DNA of 18,421 nt from a bacterium (GCA_027452085.1 DAIDHG010000017.1:1-18421); one strand, 5' to 3'. Counted from the stretch's first letter, positions 6,687 to 16,606 are shown. Notes: generated from the sequence alone by a model not told the origin. Made by a program: numbers and translations.

Positions 6687-6995
6687 TTATTTCGAATCAT
6701 CAAGATCGCCGCTCGCAAAAAAATCGGTAGTCACTTCCATCATGGAGCTATCAGGATCTTCTTGCACAAGGCTATTTTTTGATATTTTTTCTTGAGCGCT
6801 GGCATTCTCTTTTTTTATTTTTTCTTGAGTCGATTGCGCGGTCAACTCTTTTTGCCGCTGCTCAAACAGTGCATGTGCCAAAGCTGCCTGAGAAGGTTGG
6901 GTGGAATCTTGAGTAGCTGATTGAAAAGAGGCGCATAATGTATGCGCCCCACTCAATATTGTTAATGCCACGAGCATTTGTACTGCATTATTCAT
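6687..6995 (-). CDS. Hypothetical exported protein
   Basis: Signal-peptide-like N-terminus, Q/K/E-rich helix and acidic tail. It is co-oriented with its neighbours. Confidence 0.7.
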   Translation of the reverse strand: MNNAVQMLVALTILSGAHTLCASFQSATQDSTQPSQAALAHALFEQRQKELTAQSTQEKIKKENASAQEKISKNSLVQEDPDSSMMEVTTDFFASGDLDDSK

Positions 6996-7020
6996 GTGTC
7001 GTTGTGCTGGAAAAAAGCTT

Positions 7021-7632
7021 CTACAATTGATCTACAGCTGTTTCACTATGGGAATTATAATAGATGATGCCAACAATAGCACAAAGAAGACCAGCTGCCA
7101 CAAATTTGCGATTAGAGAAAAAATCTTTCCATGAATGGTCTTTTATCGTATCTTGCTCTGGCGTGCTTGATGTGCCTTTTGTTGTTACCTCAAGAAGCGG
7201 AACACCAAGAAATGCTGCATGCGTTTTAACTTTTTCTCGTTCTGCTGCAACAAATTTTGTAATCTCGCCGTTTAAAATTGTTGCATCGATTTTTTCCTTG
7301 TGCGTCTCTGACAATTGTGCAATTTTTTGAGCCGTGAGATCAGCCATCTGCGCAGCATACAAAACACCATATTGCATCAGCACACATTCTGCTTCAGCCA
7401 TTTCATGCGCCGTGAGATCTGACTTGAGTCGATCTATAGCAGCCTGAACTTTTGGGACCTCTTGCGGAAAAGCCTCAACAAATAAGGGCGGAATACCATG
7501 CTCTTGAAATTTACGTGCAACGTTTTCAACATTGCACTGCAAACGGAACTCCTCAATCGATGGGATTCTGGGAACAGCATACAGTGAACCAATGCTTACC
7601 ACGGTTAAACAGAGCAACAGAATTTTTTTCAT
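7021..7632 (-). CDS. Hypothetical exported protein with C-terminal TM anchor
   Basis: MKKILLLCLTVVSIGSLYA signal peptide (start 7632, GAAGGGG RBS) and a C-terminal hydrophobic helix. Confidence 0.8.
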   Translation of the reverse strand: MKKILLLCLTVVSIGSLYAVPRIPSIEEFRLQCNVENVARKFQEHGIPPLFVEAFPQEVPKVQAAIDRLKSDLTAHEMAEAECVLMQYGVLYAAQMADLTAQKIAQLSETHKEKIDATILNGEITKFVAAEREKVKTHAAFLGVPLLEVTTKGTSSTPEQDTIKDHSWKDFFSNRKFVAAGLLCAIVGIIYYNSHSETAVDQL

Positions 7633-7700
7633 ATAAATCCCCTTCATGGTTTTAGAATTTGATTAAAAACAGCTTATGAAAAGCAACTGAAATAAGCAAC

Positions 7701-8720
7701 CTAGACCTTGCATTCTTGCTCGAGTGGGCGATTAATAATGCGCTGCACTACCTCACCCACCGTGCGCCCTGCATAGACAATTTCATACATCGATGCGCAA
7801 ATGGGCATATCCAATGATCGTTGCTCAATGAGTTGGTGCAATGAAATAATAGTATTAATACCTTCAGGCAACCCACCCAACTCATTTTCAATCTGCCCCA
7901 ACGATTTTCCTTGAACCAAAAGCGCTCCGGCCTTGGCGTTTCTGCCTTTGCCGCTCAGTGAAGAAAGAACGAGATCGCCAACCCCAGCTAAGCCATAGAT
8001 CGTTTGCGCACGGCCGCCAAGGATCTCAGCCAATTGCGCGATTTCGTGCAGGCCGCGGGTAAATAAAAAAGCCTTAGTATCTTCAGAGAGCTGTGCTTCA
8101 ATCGCCATGCCCATCAGCACTGAAATTACATTTTTTAGTGCACCGCCCACCTGCGCGCCCATCAAATCAGTTGAGGAATAGGGGCGAAAATAGTCATTGG
8201 CGAGCAGTTGTTGCACGGGCAACACCACGGAGCAATCACCAGCCAACACCACGGCTGTTGGCTTTCGTGTAGCCACATCATAAGCAAGGCTTGGGCCTGT
8301 TAAAGCGCAAACGCGTGTTGAGCCACAGATATCGGCAAGAATTTGCGAAGGAAATTGCAGGGTTGTATTTTCAATACCCTTGCTCATCATCACCCAGATG
8401 TGATCAGGCTGGACATACGGCCGAGCCTCGGTAAGCACCGAGCGCAGAAATTTAACGGGTATGGCTTCGAAAATGTATTGGCAGGAAAAAAGATCGTTGA
8501 ACTGAGTTGTGGTTTCAATGAACGAACTGAGTTGAATATTTGGCAGATAGCGCTGATTTATACCGGTCGCGTTAATTACGCGGGGAGTGTCCTGATCATG
8601 GCACCAGAGTTTTACACCACAGCCGTTATCAGCAAGCAAACAGGCAATTGCCGTGCCAAAAGCGCCTTCGCCAAGTATACCAACTTCTTTAACAGCCGAA
8701 GTTGCGCTGACAGGCTTCAT
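7701..8720 (-). CDS. gpsA: NAD(P)H-dependent glycerol-3-phosphate dehydrogenase
   Basis: Motifs GEGAFGTA, N.RYLP, SKGIE, GPSLA, GGALKNVI, GLAGVGDL, RN and EG. Confidence 0.96.
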   Translation of the reverse strand: MKPVSATSAVKEVGILGEGAFGTAIACLLADNGCGVKLWCHDQDTPRVINATGINQRYLPNIQLSSFIETTTQFNDLFSCQYIFEAIPVKFLRSVLTEARPYVQPDHIWVMMSKGIENTTLQFPSQILADICGSTRVCALTGPSLAYDVATRKPTAVVLAGDCSVVLPVQQLLANDYFRPYSSTDLMGAQVGGALKNVISVLMGMAIEAQLSEDTKAFLFTRGLHEIAQLAEILGGRAQTIYGLAGVGDLVLSSLSGKGRNAKAGALLVQGKSLGQIENELGGLPEGINTIISLHQLIEQRSLDMPICASMYEIVYAGRTVGEVVQRIINRPLEQECKV

Positions 8721-9450
8721 ACTGCTCCACCGCTTTTTCTAAATCATCAAATTGTAGTTCCGGCCACAAGCAATCGATAAAGCACAGCTCGGTATACGCT
8801 GATTGGAATAAGAGGAAATTACTCAGCCGGCGTGCGCCACCGGTGCGGATAATGAGATCTGGCTCAGGAATGCCAGCTGTCCATAAATGTGAATTAAAGA
8901 GCTCCTCATTAAGCTCGCTCTCACTAATTTCACCATTTTTTACGGCCGTTATTAATGATTTAATGCCAGCCATAATTTCTTGTCTGCCGCCGTAGCAAAA
9001 CAAAAGGCTCACCTGCAATGTTTTATTATTTTCGGTTTGTTGCTCAACCTGCTCAATTGCCGGGCGCACCGATTCAGGAAACAGGCTACGATCGCCAATA
9101 AAGCGGATTCGTATCCCTTTTTCCATAAAATCTTTCATCCCTTTATTCAGCTCGCGCACTAACAAATCAAAGAGATACTGAATTTCATCAGGCGCGCGGC
9201 GGAAATTTTCGATTGAGAATGTGTAAAGCGAAAGATATGAGATGCCCTTGCGCATGCAAAATTCAATGACTCGATGGACCGTTTCAACGCCCTGCCCATG
9301 GCCATAGAATGCACGGAGGCCCTGCTTTTTTGCCCAGCGGCGATTGCCATCCATCACCAAAGCTAAATGATTGAGGGTAATGGCTCGTTGCGCAGGTTTT
9401 ATTGCAAGCGATGTTGCAACAGATGCGGTTGCTGTTTGTGTTGTAATCAC
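8689..9450 (-). CDS. uppS: Undecaprenyl diphosphate synthase (cis-isoprenyltransferase)
   Basis: Motifs MDGNRRWAK, GH, FSIENFRR, YGGRQEI and PDLIIRTGG.RLSNFLLFQ. GTG at 9450 overlaps the upstream TGA (GTGA). Confidence 0.96.
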   Translation of the reverse strand: MITTQTATASVATSLAIKPAQRAITLNHLALVMDGNRRWAKKQGLRAFYGHGQGVETVHRVIEFCMRKGISYLSLYTFSIENFRRAPDEIQYLFDLLVRELNKGMKDFMEKGIRIRFIGDRSLFPESVRPAIEQVEQQTENNKTLQVSLLFCYGGRQEIMAGIKSLITAVKNGEISESELNEELFNSHLWTAGIPEPDLIIRTGGARRLSNFLLFQSAYTELCFIDCLWPELQFDDLEKAVEQYEACQRNFGC

Positions 9451-10136
9451 GTTGTTACCACGCTTTTTTTGCTGCCAAACCAAGATATAAGCAGTTGTCC
9501 GAAAAAACTACTCATTTTGCGGTGCACAAGGTACATTAAAACCATCAGCGTCGCAAATAATATGCGCTCACTCAGTGCGATGGGGATCAAAGCCCACCAT
9601 TGCTCTGCCGTCATTGGCATCGTATAGAGCCAGATCACCGAGCCCACGGCATGAACTGTCATCGTACAGCCAAAGGCGGTTAAAAAAAGATCGTTATGCC
9701 CAATAAAATGGAGGGCGATAGGTATAAGCCACAACAGAGCGTAGCCCCACCCCTCTAATCCTATTGGATGAGCAAGAAACCCTACCATGCAGACAGCGGG
9801 TAGGCCCACCCGGATAGACCAATGATCCTGAGCCCAGTAAAGGCCACCACTAATTGAGGGAAGTTTCAAGAGGGAAAGCATAGAGGCCTGACCAGCATAG
9901 AGCTTCAAGAGACCAAATATGGCGCCTGTGGGCAGTGAGGCTGTGCCAAGCAGCGGCAATATGACTGACAAAAGGCCAAAATGGGTGTGCGGCCCCACGG
10001 CATAGTATGCCTTAAGTATCGCTATCAAGCCGAAAAGTAACACGACCCCAAGGGCAGCACTTGCATATTTACGCATATAATATGTACTTTTAACCATAGA
10101 ACACCTTTTAATATCAAAAAGAGTTAGCTCTGGCAT
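9447..10136 (-). CDS. Multi-pass membrane protein, possibly ECF S-component-like
   Basis: About 6-7 hydrophobic helices with conserved-looking AHPIG, WLIP and HAVG segments. The true start may be ATG 10076. Function is not established. Confidence 0.7.
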   Translation of the reverse strand: MPELTLFDIKRCSMVKSTYYMRKYASAALGVVLLFGLIAILKAYYAVGPHTHFGLLSVILPLLGTASLPTGAIFGLLKLYAGQASMLSLLKLPSISGGLYWAQDHWSIRVGLPAVCMVGFLAHPIGLEGWGYALLWLIPIALHFIGHNDLFLTAFGCTMTVHAVGSVIWLYTMPMTAEQWWALIPIALSERILFATLMVLMYLVHRKMSSFFGQLLISWFGSKKSVVTT

Positions 10137-10161
10137 ATTTTAGCAGAAAGAAAAGAAATAG

Positions 10162-10833
10162 ATGCGTTACCACGGTATAGTTTTTGACATGGATGGCACC
10201 ATCGTCGATACAGAACATATTTGGGGCATGGCCACGGTCGCCCTTCTATCAAAAAGAGGTATACAACTCACCGATGCGGACAAACAGGCTATCGCCGAGC
10301 ATGCCGCGAACGCAAATCTATTTCTCAATAGTGCTGCACTGAAAATGTTGTTTACCTTAGCTGATGATGTGAATGATATTGCGCAAGAGTTGGTAGCCTT
10401 TGCAGACGAACATTATGCAAAAGGGATCCGCTTAATTGACGGATTTGAGCAGTTTCATGCAAAAGCAGTTGGTCATAATTTAAAGACCGCCTTGGCCACC
10501 AACGCCGTTGATTCCACCTTTCATCTGAGTAAAGAGACCTTATCGCTCCACAAATTCTTTGGTGAGCATCTCTATAACATCAGTCATGTCAATAACAAAA
10601 CAAAACCTGATCCCGCCATTTACTTGCATGCCTGCAAACAACTTGGCCTCGATCCGCAGCATACCGTGGCTATCGAAGATAGTGCGCATGGTGTGAGAGC
10701 AGCCAAAGCTGCCGGCATGTTTTGCATTGGTATCAATACTGCAAAGAATCCTAACCTATTAAAAGAAGCTGATCGCATTATTGATCATTATGACCACCTT
10801 GATCTCCATGAGCTCCTTGGACTCAATAAATAA
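10162..10833 (+). CDS. HAD-IA hydrolase (beta-phosphoglucomutase/CbbY-like)
   Basis: Motifs FDMDGT, ATN, KPDP.IY and IEDS..G..AA..AGM. Confidence 0.93.
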   Translation: MRYHGIVFDMDGTIVDTEHIWGMATVALLSKRGIQLTDADKQAIAEHAANANLFLNSAALKMLFTLADDVNDIAQELVAFADEHYAKGIRLIDGFEQFHAKAVGHNLKTALATNAVDSTFHLSKETLSLHKFFGEHLYNISHVNNKTKPDPAIYLHACKQLGLDPQHTVAIEDSAHGVRAAKAAGMFCIGINTAKNPNLLKEADRIIDHYDHLDLHELLGLNK

Positions 10834-10930
10834 CCCTTGCAACTAACAGAAGCCATTCGATACACTGTTTTGTAGAGTTACCACAAAAAAAGGTACTATA
10901 AATGGTGTCCGCGTATAAACAACAAAAAAG

Positions 10931-11623
10931 ATGAAGCATTTTATCCTCGTTGCTACATGTCTTTCTTTGCTATCTGCTCAGCAAGCAGCAGCTAATCCAA
11001 GCACCACCGTGTTTGCGTTTGATTTGCACCATGTGGTGGTCAAACCCAATCTTTGGGAACGGGCCAAGATTCTGCTCAAAAGCCCCGATCGTTGGACGCT
11101 TTTGCAACATGCGCTCAATCCAATCTTTTTATTTGATTTATATCGGGTTTTTGGTCAACAATCGCGAGCCTATGAACGGGGCATGGCAGAATTGCATCAC
11201 AAATACCCCAAACTCAAAAAAGTTGATGGAACTATCGCAGAAATGGCCAATGCGCAATGCCCCATCCCAGAAACCATGCAATTAATCGAACAGTTGAAAA
11301 CACAAGGATATAAGGTGTATTTGCTTTCCAATATTGGGGAGCACTGGTTTGATAAGTTTAAAGAGAAATTTGGGAATATCGTAGCATTATTTGATGGTTG
11401 CGCCATTTGCGAGCGGCTCAATGGCTATATGCAAAAGCCATCGTTGGCGATGTATAAAAACTTCAGAAACAAGTTTGGGTTGTGGGATAAGAAAATAATC
11501 TTTTTAGATGATTTAAAATCGAATATCAAAAGTGCCAATGCCATGGGCTTTCATGGCATACATTTTAAATCCATGAATGATGTATTAACTGAGCTCACCT
11601 CAATAAACATTATGATTCCCTAA
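10931..11623 (+). CDS. HAD-family hydrolase (YihX-like) with signal peptide
   Basis: Signal peptide, then FDLHHV, LLSN, QKP..MY and FLDD...NI..A...G motifs. Confidence 0.85.
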   Translation: MKHFILVATCLSLLSAQQAAANPSTTVFAFDLHHVVVKPNLWERAKILLKSPDRWTLLQHALNPIFLFDLYRVFGQQSRAYERGMAELHHKYPKLKKVDGTIAEMANAQCPIPETMQLIEQLKTQGYKVYLLSNIGEHWFDKFKEKFGNIVALFDGCAICERLNGYMQKPSLAMYKNFRNKFGLWDKKIIFLDDLKSNIKSANAMGFHGIHFKSMNDVLTELTSINIMIP

Positions 11624-12303
11624 CGCTGCATAGATATACGACAACTTTCTATATCCGCGCATCTTTTAATCACGATCTCAACCGCCGCATCAATATCATC
11701 AGTTAACACAATCAGATCGCGATCTTTTTGCTTAAGAAGCTGAGCATGCAAGGCCGTTTCAATTTGCGCCATAAACGATTTCCAGTAGTCGGTCCCGATA
11801 AGCACAATCGGCTGCGGCATGAGCTGGGCCGTTTCAATAAGTGTTGAGATTTCTGAAAGCTCGTTCATCGTGCCAAATCCGCCGGGAAAAACTACAAACG
11901 CTTGCGAATAGTTGGTCAGTAGCCATTTACGAGACCAAAAATAGTGCATGTAAATGATGTCTTGCTTACACGAAGGCACGCCTTCGGTTTCTCTCAATTT
12001 TTCCACCGATATGGCCAGGCTCAAGTATTTACCATTTGGCTCCTGCGAAGCCATACAGGCAGCCTGCATAATGCCAGGGCCGCCACCAGTAATAATAGCC
12101 ACCTTCTTTGCAACTAACTTTTGTACCAGCTCTCGTGCTTTATTGGCATAGATGCTGTCTTGATGAATCTTACTGCCACCAAAAACGCTTACGCGCGGCT
12201 CGGGAAGTTTTGCCAAGCGCCAAACGGCGCGCGTCATTTTAAAAGCTTCGCCAATAAAATGAAAAAAGGTCCACGCAACTTCTTTAAACTGTCGAATTTT
12301 CAT
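11620..12303 (-). CDS. LOG family nucleotide phosphoribohydrolase (lysine-decarboxylase-like Rossmann fold)
   Basis: Motifs VSVFGGS, TGGGPGIM, RK and PGGFGTMNE. ATG 12303 is preceded by AGAGG. Confidence 0.92.
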   Translation of the reverse strand: MKIRQFKEVAWTFFHFIGEAFKMTRAVWRLAKLPEPRVSVFGGSKIHQDSIYANKARELVQKLVAKKVAIITGGGPGIMQAACMASQEPNGKYLSLAISVEKLRETEGVPSCKQDIIYMHYFWSRKWLLTNYSQAFVVFPGGFGTMNELSEISTLIETAQLMPQPIVLIGTDYWKSFMAQIETALHAQLLKQKDRDLIVLTDDIDAAVEIVIKRCADIESCRISMQR

Positions 12304-12369
12304 ACCATCCTCTACTTGTATGATTACCATAGCACGAAGATTAGGGCAGTTGCAATGAAAGAGAGAAGA

Positions 12370-13137
12370 TTATGAACGAACTAAATCCCACAAAGCAAAA
12401 ATCTGAGCTTTATCTAATTGCTGCGCTCGCAAGGTGTACATATTGGCAGGAATCTTGGCAAGGTCATAACCGCCCTGCAAAAGATTATTTTTTATATTTC
12501 GGCGCGGTTGTTTAAACAAGCAACGGATAAAATGATCCCAAAACCTTTCTTCATGGGGAATTGGTTGCGGATGTACAATAGGCTTGAAATGCAATGTCTT
12601 TGACATTATTTTCGGTGGCGGATCAAATGCTTCTGGGGGCACTGTATCAAGCAAACGCCATTCGAAATAATGTTGAAAAAATAACGACACATACCCAAAA
12701 CCCCGGCCGGTCGTTTTGATAATTTTGTCGGCAACCTCTGCTTGCACCATCACAGCGCCCTCTTTAATTAAGGATCGGTGCTGCTGGAGCAGATGAAGAA
12801 TGGGAAACGTGACGTGATAGGGCAGATTTGAGAGCACCGTCCACGGCGCGTTGGGCTCAAACTCGGCAAAATTTGTCTTTAAAAAATCTTGATGCTTAAC
12901 GGTGAGCCGCTGATCAGAAATTGAGCGTTGAACATAGGATGCCCAACGCTCATCAATTTCAATACACCACAGCCGTTCGATCGAATGGCGCAGAATAGTA
13001 CGGGTAAGAAAACCATCACCGCAACCGATTTCCATCACTGAACTTGTATCGTTTAAGGATACTGAAGCCAGCATATTATCGGCTATGCGTTGATCTCGCA
13101 GGAAATGTTGCCCTAACGGCGGCGTGGATTTTTTCAT
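12370..13137 (-). CDS. rsmA: 16S rRNA m6,2A dimethyltransferase RsmA/KsgA
   Basis: Motifs LGQHFL, EIGCGDG, EID, NLPY, MVQAEVA and F.PPPK. The start overlaps the mreB stop (TAATG). Confidence 0.96.
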   Translation of the reverse strand: MKKSTPPLGQHFLRDQRIADNMLASVSLNDTSSVMEIGCGDGFLTRTILRHSIERLWCIEIDERWASYVQRSISDQRLTVKHQDFLKTNFAEFEPNAPWTVLSNLPYHVTFPILHLLQQHRSLIKEGAVMVQAEVADKIIKTTGRGFGYVSLFFQHYFEWRLLDTVPPEAFDPPPKIMSKTLHFKPIVHPQPIPHEERFWDHFIRCLFKQPRRNIKNNLLQGGYDLAKIPANMYTLRAQQLDKAQIFALWDLVRS

Positions 13138-14198
13138 TACATCAAGGCTTCTCTATAGAAATCCAACTTCTCAAGCACTTTACCTGCACCTTTTACCACA
13201 CACAGCAGTGGATCTTCAGCAATGCGCACCGGCAAACCAGTTTCTTTGCTAATCAGCTTATCAAGGCCACGGAGCATTGAACCACCGCCAGCCATAATGA
13301 TACCACGATCAACTAAATCAGATGAAAGTTCAGGATCAGTGTTTTCTAAGGCGATGTGCACCACTTCAACAATGCTGCTAATAGTTTCAAGTAATGCTTC
13401 ATTCACTTCCATTCCGGTCAAGGTAATCGTTTTTGGCACACCGCTCACTAAATCGCGTCCTTTTACTTCCATGGTGGAATTATTCTGGGCATCGATCATC
13501 ACGCCACCAATTTTAATCTTCACCTCTTCGGCAGTTCGTTCACCGATAAGTAAATTGTATTTTCGCTTCACATAATGAACAATGGCGCGATCCATCTCAT
13601 CACCGCCGACGCGAATAGAGCGGCAGAAAACAACGTTTTTCAAAGAGATAACGGCAACCTCGGTCGTGCCACCACCAATATCGACAATCATATTGCCTGA
13701 CGGCTCTTCAATCGGCAACCCGGCGCCAATAGCAGCGGCCAATGGTTCGATAATTGTTTCAACTTCACCAGCACCGGCTTGCAACGCTGAATCTTTTACG
13801 GCACGTAATTCAACTTGAGTGATACCCGATGGCACACCAATGACCATACGCGGGCGCATCAGCGAACGTTGATTATCTTGCACGGCACGGATGAAGAAGC
13901 GCAACATGCTTTCAGCGAGTTCAAAATTTGAAATTACCCCATCGCGCATCGGGCGACAGGCGATAATATTTTCAGGCGTTTTGCCAAGCATCTCTTTCGC
14001 GCCACGACCAGCCGCAAGCACTTGATTGGGGTTTACACGATTGACGGCAACCACTGAAGGCTCATCGAGCACAATCCCTTTATTACGAACATATACAACG
14101 GTATTTGCCGTGCCCAAATCGATGGCCAGATCATTGGAAAATAAACCAAATAATCGACGGGCTGGTAAAAAGGTGAACCAACTTTTTTTTGTTTGCAT
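13137..14198 (-). CDS. mreB: Rod shape-determining protein MreB
   Basis: Motifs IDLGTANT, EPSVVA, EPLAAAIGAGL, DIGGGTTEVAVIS and GERTAEEVK. Confidence 0.98.
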   Translation of the reverse strand: MQTKKSWFTFLPARRLFGLFSNDLAIDLGTANTVVYVRNKGIVLDEPSVVAVNRVNPNQVLAAGRGAKEMLGKTPENIIACRPMRDGVISNFELAESMLRFFIRAVQDNQRSLMRPRMVIGVPSGITQVELRAVKDSALQAGAGEVETIIEPLAAAIGAGLPIEEPSGNMIVDIGGGTTEVAVISLKNVVFCRSIRVGGDEMDRAIVHYVKRKYNLLIGERTAEEVKIKIGGVMIDAQNNSTMEVKGRDLVSGVPKTITLTGMEVNEALLETISSIVEVVHIALENTDPELSSDLVDRGIIMAGGGSMLRGLDKLISKETGLPVRIAEDPLLCVVKGAGKVLEKLDFYREALM

Positions 14199-14218
14199 GC
14201 TGTCCCTCTCTGTAAGAT

Positions 14219-15478
14219 TTAGTATGGTATTTCCACCGTTACTGAAATTCGATTTGTTTTACTCACGCGATGCGCGCCTAAGAACTTAACCGGAAAATCC
14301 CAAGCAAAAGAAATTATTGGTAAAAATGGTTTTTTGCATTCTTCATCACCGGTGCGACTAAAGTCGTAAAACATACGGGCACTGATAACTTCTGATTGCC
14401 AACTTGATAGCCCATCATATCGTGCACGGTTGACTGGAATATTTTGATTTGGCCGTTCATCAATGATGTGATCTCTGAACTGTTTGATAAATAGATATTG
14501 AGCACTACCACCCAACCCACCACGAAGATCTTCAACTAATAGATAGGCAGAGAATGCTACCATGGTGCCCGGGTGAATGCGGAAATCGCCAACAATGGCA
14601 CCAAAATTTAAGGGCTCATTTAACACCGGCACACGAAGCACCTGATTCTTAGGAAGCCGTTGTTGCACACGGCAGAACAATCCGAGTTTGAGATCTTCCT
14701 TTAATTCAAATTCGATATCGCCCATGGCATACAAGCCCCACAACCCATTGCCGGCAAACGGTATGGAGAAGGCCTCGTAGATATCTCGTTTTTTTCCGAT
14801 TGGCGCAATAAATCCGCCGCGAATACCAACATCAATACGTCTAAACCATGCAGGATACTCAAAGATACCGCCATAACGAAGGTAGGTATCAAGATCGGTC
14901 ATCGCAAAATGTTGTGTAGCACCAACTTGTAGGCATAGAAGATCAGCCATCTCTCGCAAGGTGCGATCTAATTCATCAAGATCGCCCTGCCCGGTGATGG
15001 GTATTGTAATCCGATTATTATCGCGATCTAAAATAAAACGAGGATAAGTGGTGAGTCGCATAAATCCAGTTGCTGCACCAAACGACCAATGGTCCCCGAG
15101 CGCTTGGTTGTATTCGATGGTTCCACCGATACCCTCGAGTTCACCGGCCATGCGCACCGGCAGTGGGCTTGCACGAAATTGACTGCGGAGTGGATTTGGT
15201 TTTCCAACCGTCTCTAATGCGCGGCCTAATTCACGCAGATCTAAAGTGCCAAATAGTTGGAACAACGCTTGGGCATCACCATCATCATCACGCGAGTGAT
15301 CGGCAACATTCACCATCATACCGGGAATGATATTGCTATAGTCGTGCCATTTACGCGTGTACGGCAGATCGCCAAATGGGAAGTATTGGTTATCAAACGT
15401 AAGCGCACCGTAACAAGCAACGGTGCTCAAAAGAGGAACGAAGATACGTAAAGAATTGAGTTTAAGAATGCGTAACAT
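14219..15478 (-). CDS. Hypothetical exported protein, possible outer-membrane beta-barrel
   Basis: Signal peptide from ATG 15478, amphipathic beta-strand-like segments, and a terminal strand ending in an aromatic residue (ISVTVEIPY). Confidence 0.7.
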   Translation of the reverse strand: MLRILKLNSLRIFVPLLSTVACYGALTFDNQYFPFGDLPYTRKWHDYSNIIPGMMVNVADHSRDDDGDAQALFQLFGTLDLRELGRALETVGKPNPLRSQFRASPLPVRMAGELEGIGGTIEYNQALGDHWSFGAATGFMRLTTYPRFILDRDNNRITIPITGQGDLDELDRTLREMADLLCLQVGATQHFAMTDLDTYLRYGGIFEYPAWFRRIDVGIRGGFIAPIGKKRDIYEAFSIPFAGNGLWGLYAMGDIEFELKEDLKLGLFCRVQQRLPKNQVLRVPVLNEPLNFGAIVGDFRIHPGTMVAFSAYLLVEDLRGGLGGSAQYLFIKQFRDHIIDERPNQNIPVNRARYDGLSSWQSEVISARMFYDFSRTGDEECKKPFLPIISFAWDFPVKFLGAHRVSKTNRISVTVEIPY

Positions 15479-15791
15479 GTAAATTTTTTCAGGTTCGTGC
15501 AGCGCCAATAAATTGTTTGTAGGGCCAATATGATAAATGAGCGGATTGAAAAGATAAAGTTTTAAGGGAGAACTAGTAAATGATTTTAAGATGGTTCGCT
15601 CCAAATGGCTAAACCTGCAGCTTCGGAGAAGGGGCTTCTACTCGCTGACAGCTTTACCATTTTTTCGCTCATTACCGCGCAGACTCAATTTTGATAACAA
15701 GATAAGAAGAAAATCGTTTACTCAAAGCAAGATATGAAGAGAGCATGCATCGGCATATTTCACAGATCTAACGAAGTGAATTGCTTCCAAA

Positions 15792-16400
15792 TTAGAGTGA
15801 GAATAATTTCGTCAGATAGTTCACAAATGGCTGCACCCGTGCGTCAGAGCCATTGCAGTTATCCATGAATACCATAGACGGCTCTTGAGCTTCACGCTTC
15901 ACAATACCAAGCATAACCCAGTGGCCACCCACATTGCATATGCATGGAATGACAAATTGCGCCTCTTTGATGCGCAGCATTTTAGAATATTTAGCTGTCA
16001 TTTTGGCAAAGGCTTCAGGGTCTGCAGAGCCATTCCAAACCAAGGGGGCAATCTCTCCACTTGGATACTTGCCAAGCACGAGACATAAAATATCTGCCTG
16101 GAGTGCTAACGACTCAACCTCATCACTGGCCAACTGATAGGCCCGTTTTGGCACCAATCGTTTTGCCACCGCATGCGCCTCTATGTGCAAATGAGTGGCA
16201 AGCTTTGTGCCGAGGGACATAAAACTTTTACACAGCGCTTTTGCGTTACATACTGCCCAGTTACCACAGGCATTTGCCGGACCATGTTGGTTGATCGTGC
16301 GAATAGTTTTCACCTGGACTGGCGCAGCGTTGACGCTACCGCCCAGAATGCCCAGCCATGAAAGGAAAACAAATACTTTATCAAACATAGCAACCTCCAT
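15792..16400 (-). CDS. Exported putative cysteine protease (Cys-His-Asp)
   Basis: Signal peptide (start may be the second Met, after GGAGG), then NQ...NACGNWA, NVGGHWV and FMDN segments. Confidence 0.65.
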   Translation of the reverse strand: MEVAMFDKVFVFLSWLGILGGSVNAAPVQVKTIRTINQHGPANACGNWAVCNAKALCKSFMSLGTKLATHLHIEAHAVAKRLVPKRAYQLASDEVESLALQADILCLVLGKYPSGEIAPLVWNGSADPEAFAKMTAKYSKMLRIKEAQFVIPCICNVGGHWVMLGIVKREAQEPSMVFMDNCNGSDARVQPFVNYLTKLFSL

Positions 16401-16606
16401 TTAATGGTTATATGAGCCCAAGATAGCCAATCCCCCAAAAAAATCACAAGGGTATACACACAAATAGAAACATTCACCCCTGCTTATGGCTAAAAAATCT
16501 TACTTTGTAAGAAAAGATGGCAGTGCTAGACTTGTTTTCTACGCCCCCCATACAAGGGGCCGCGACTCTTAAAATAAAGAGCCGCACACTACATGAAGGA
16601 TTCATA

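Noticed and set aside
15589..15660. Fluoride or c-di-GMP riboswitch, or SRP RNA
   Set aside because: Only fragments resemble these consensus motifs; the required helices and motifs are missing.
16517..16606. N-terminal extension of GlmU, or a glmS ribozyme in the leader
   Set aside because: Homology and the RBS point to ATG 16607. Only a simple hairpin (16562-16585) is present, without the glmS consensus.
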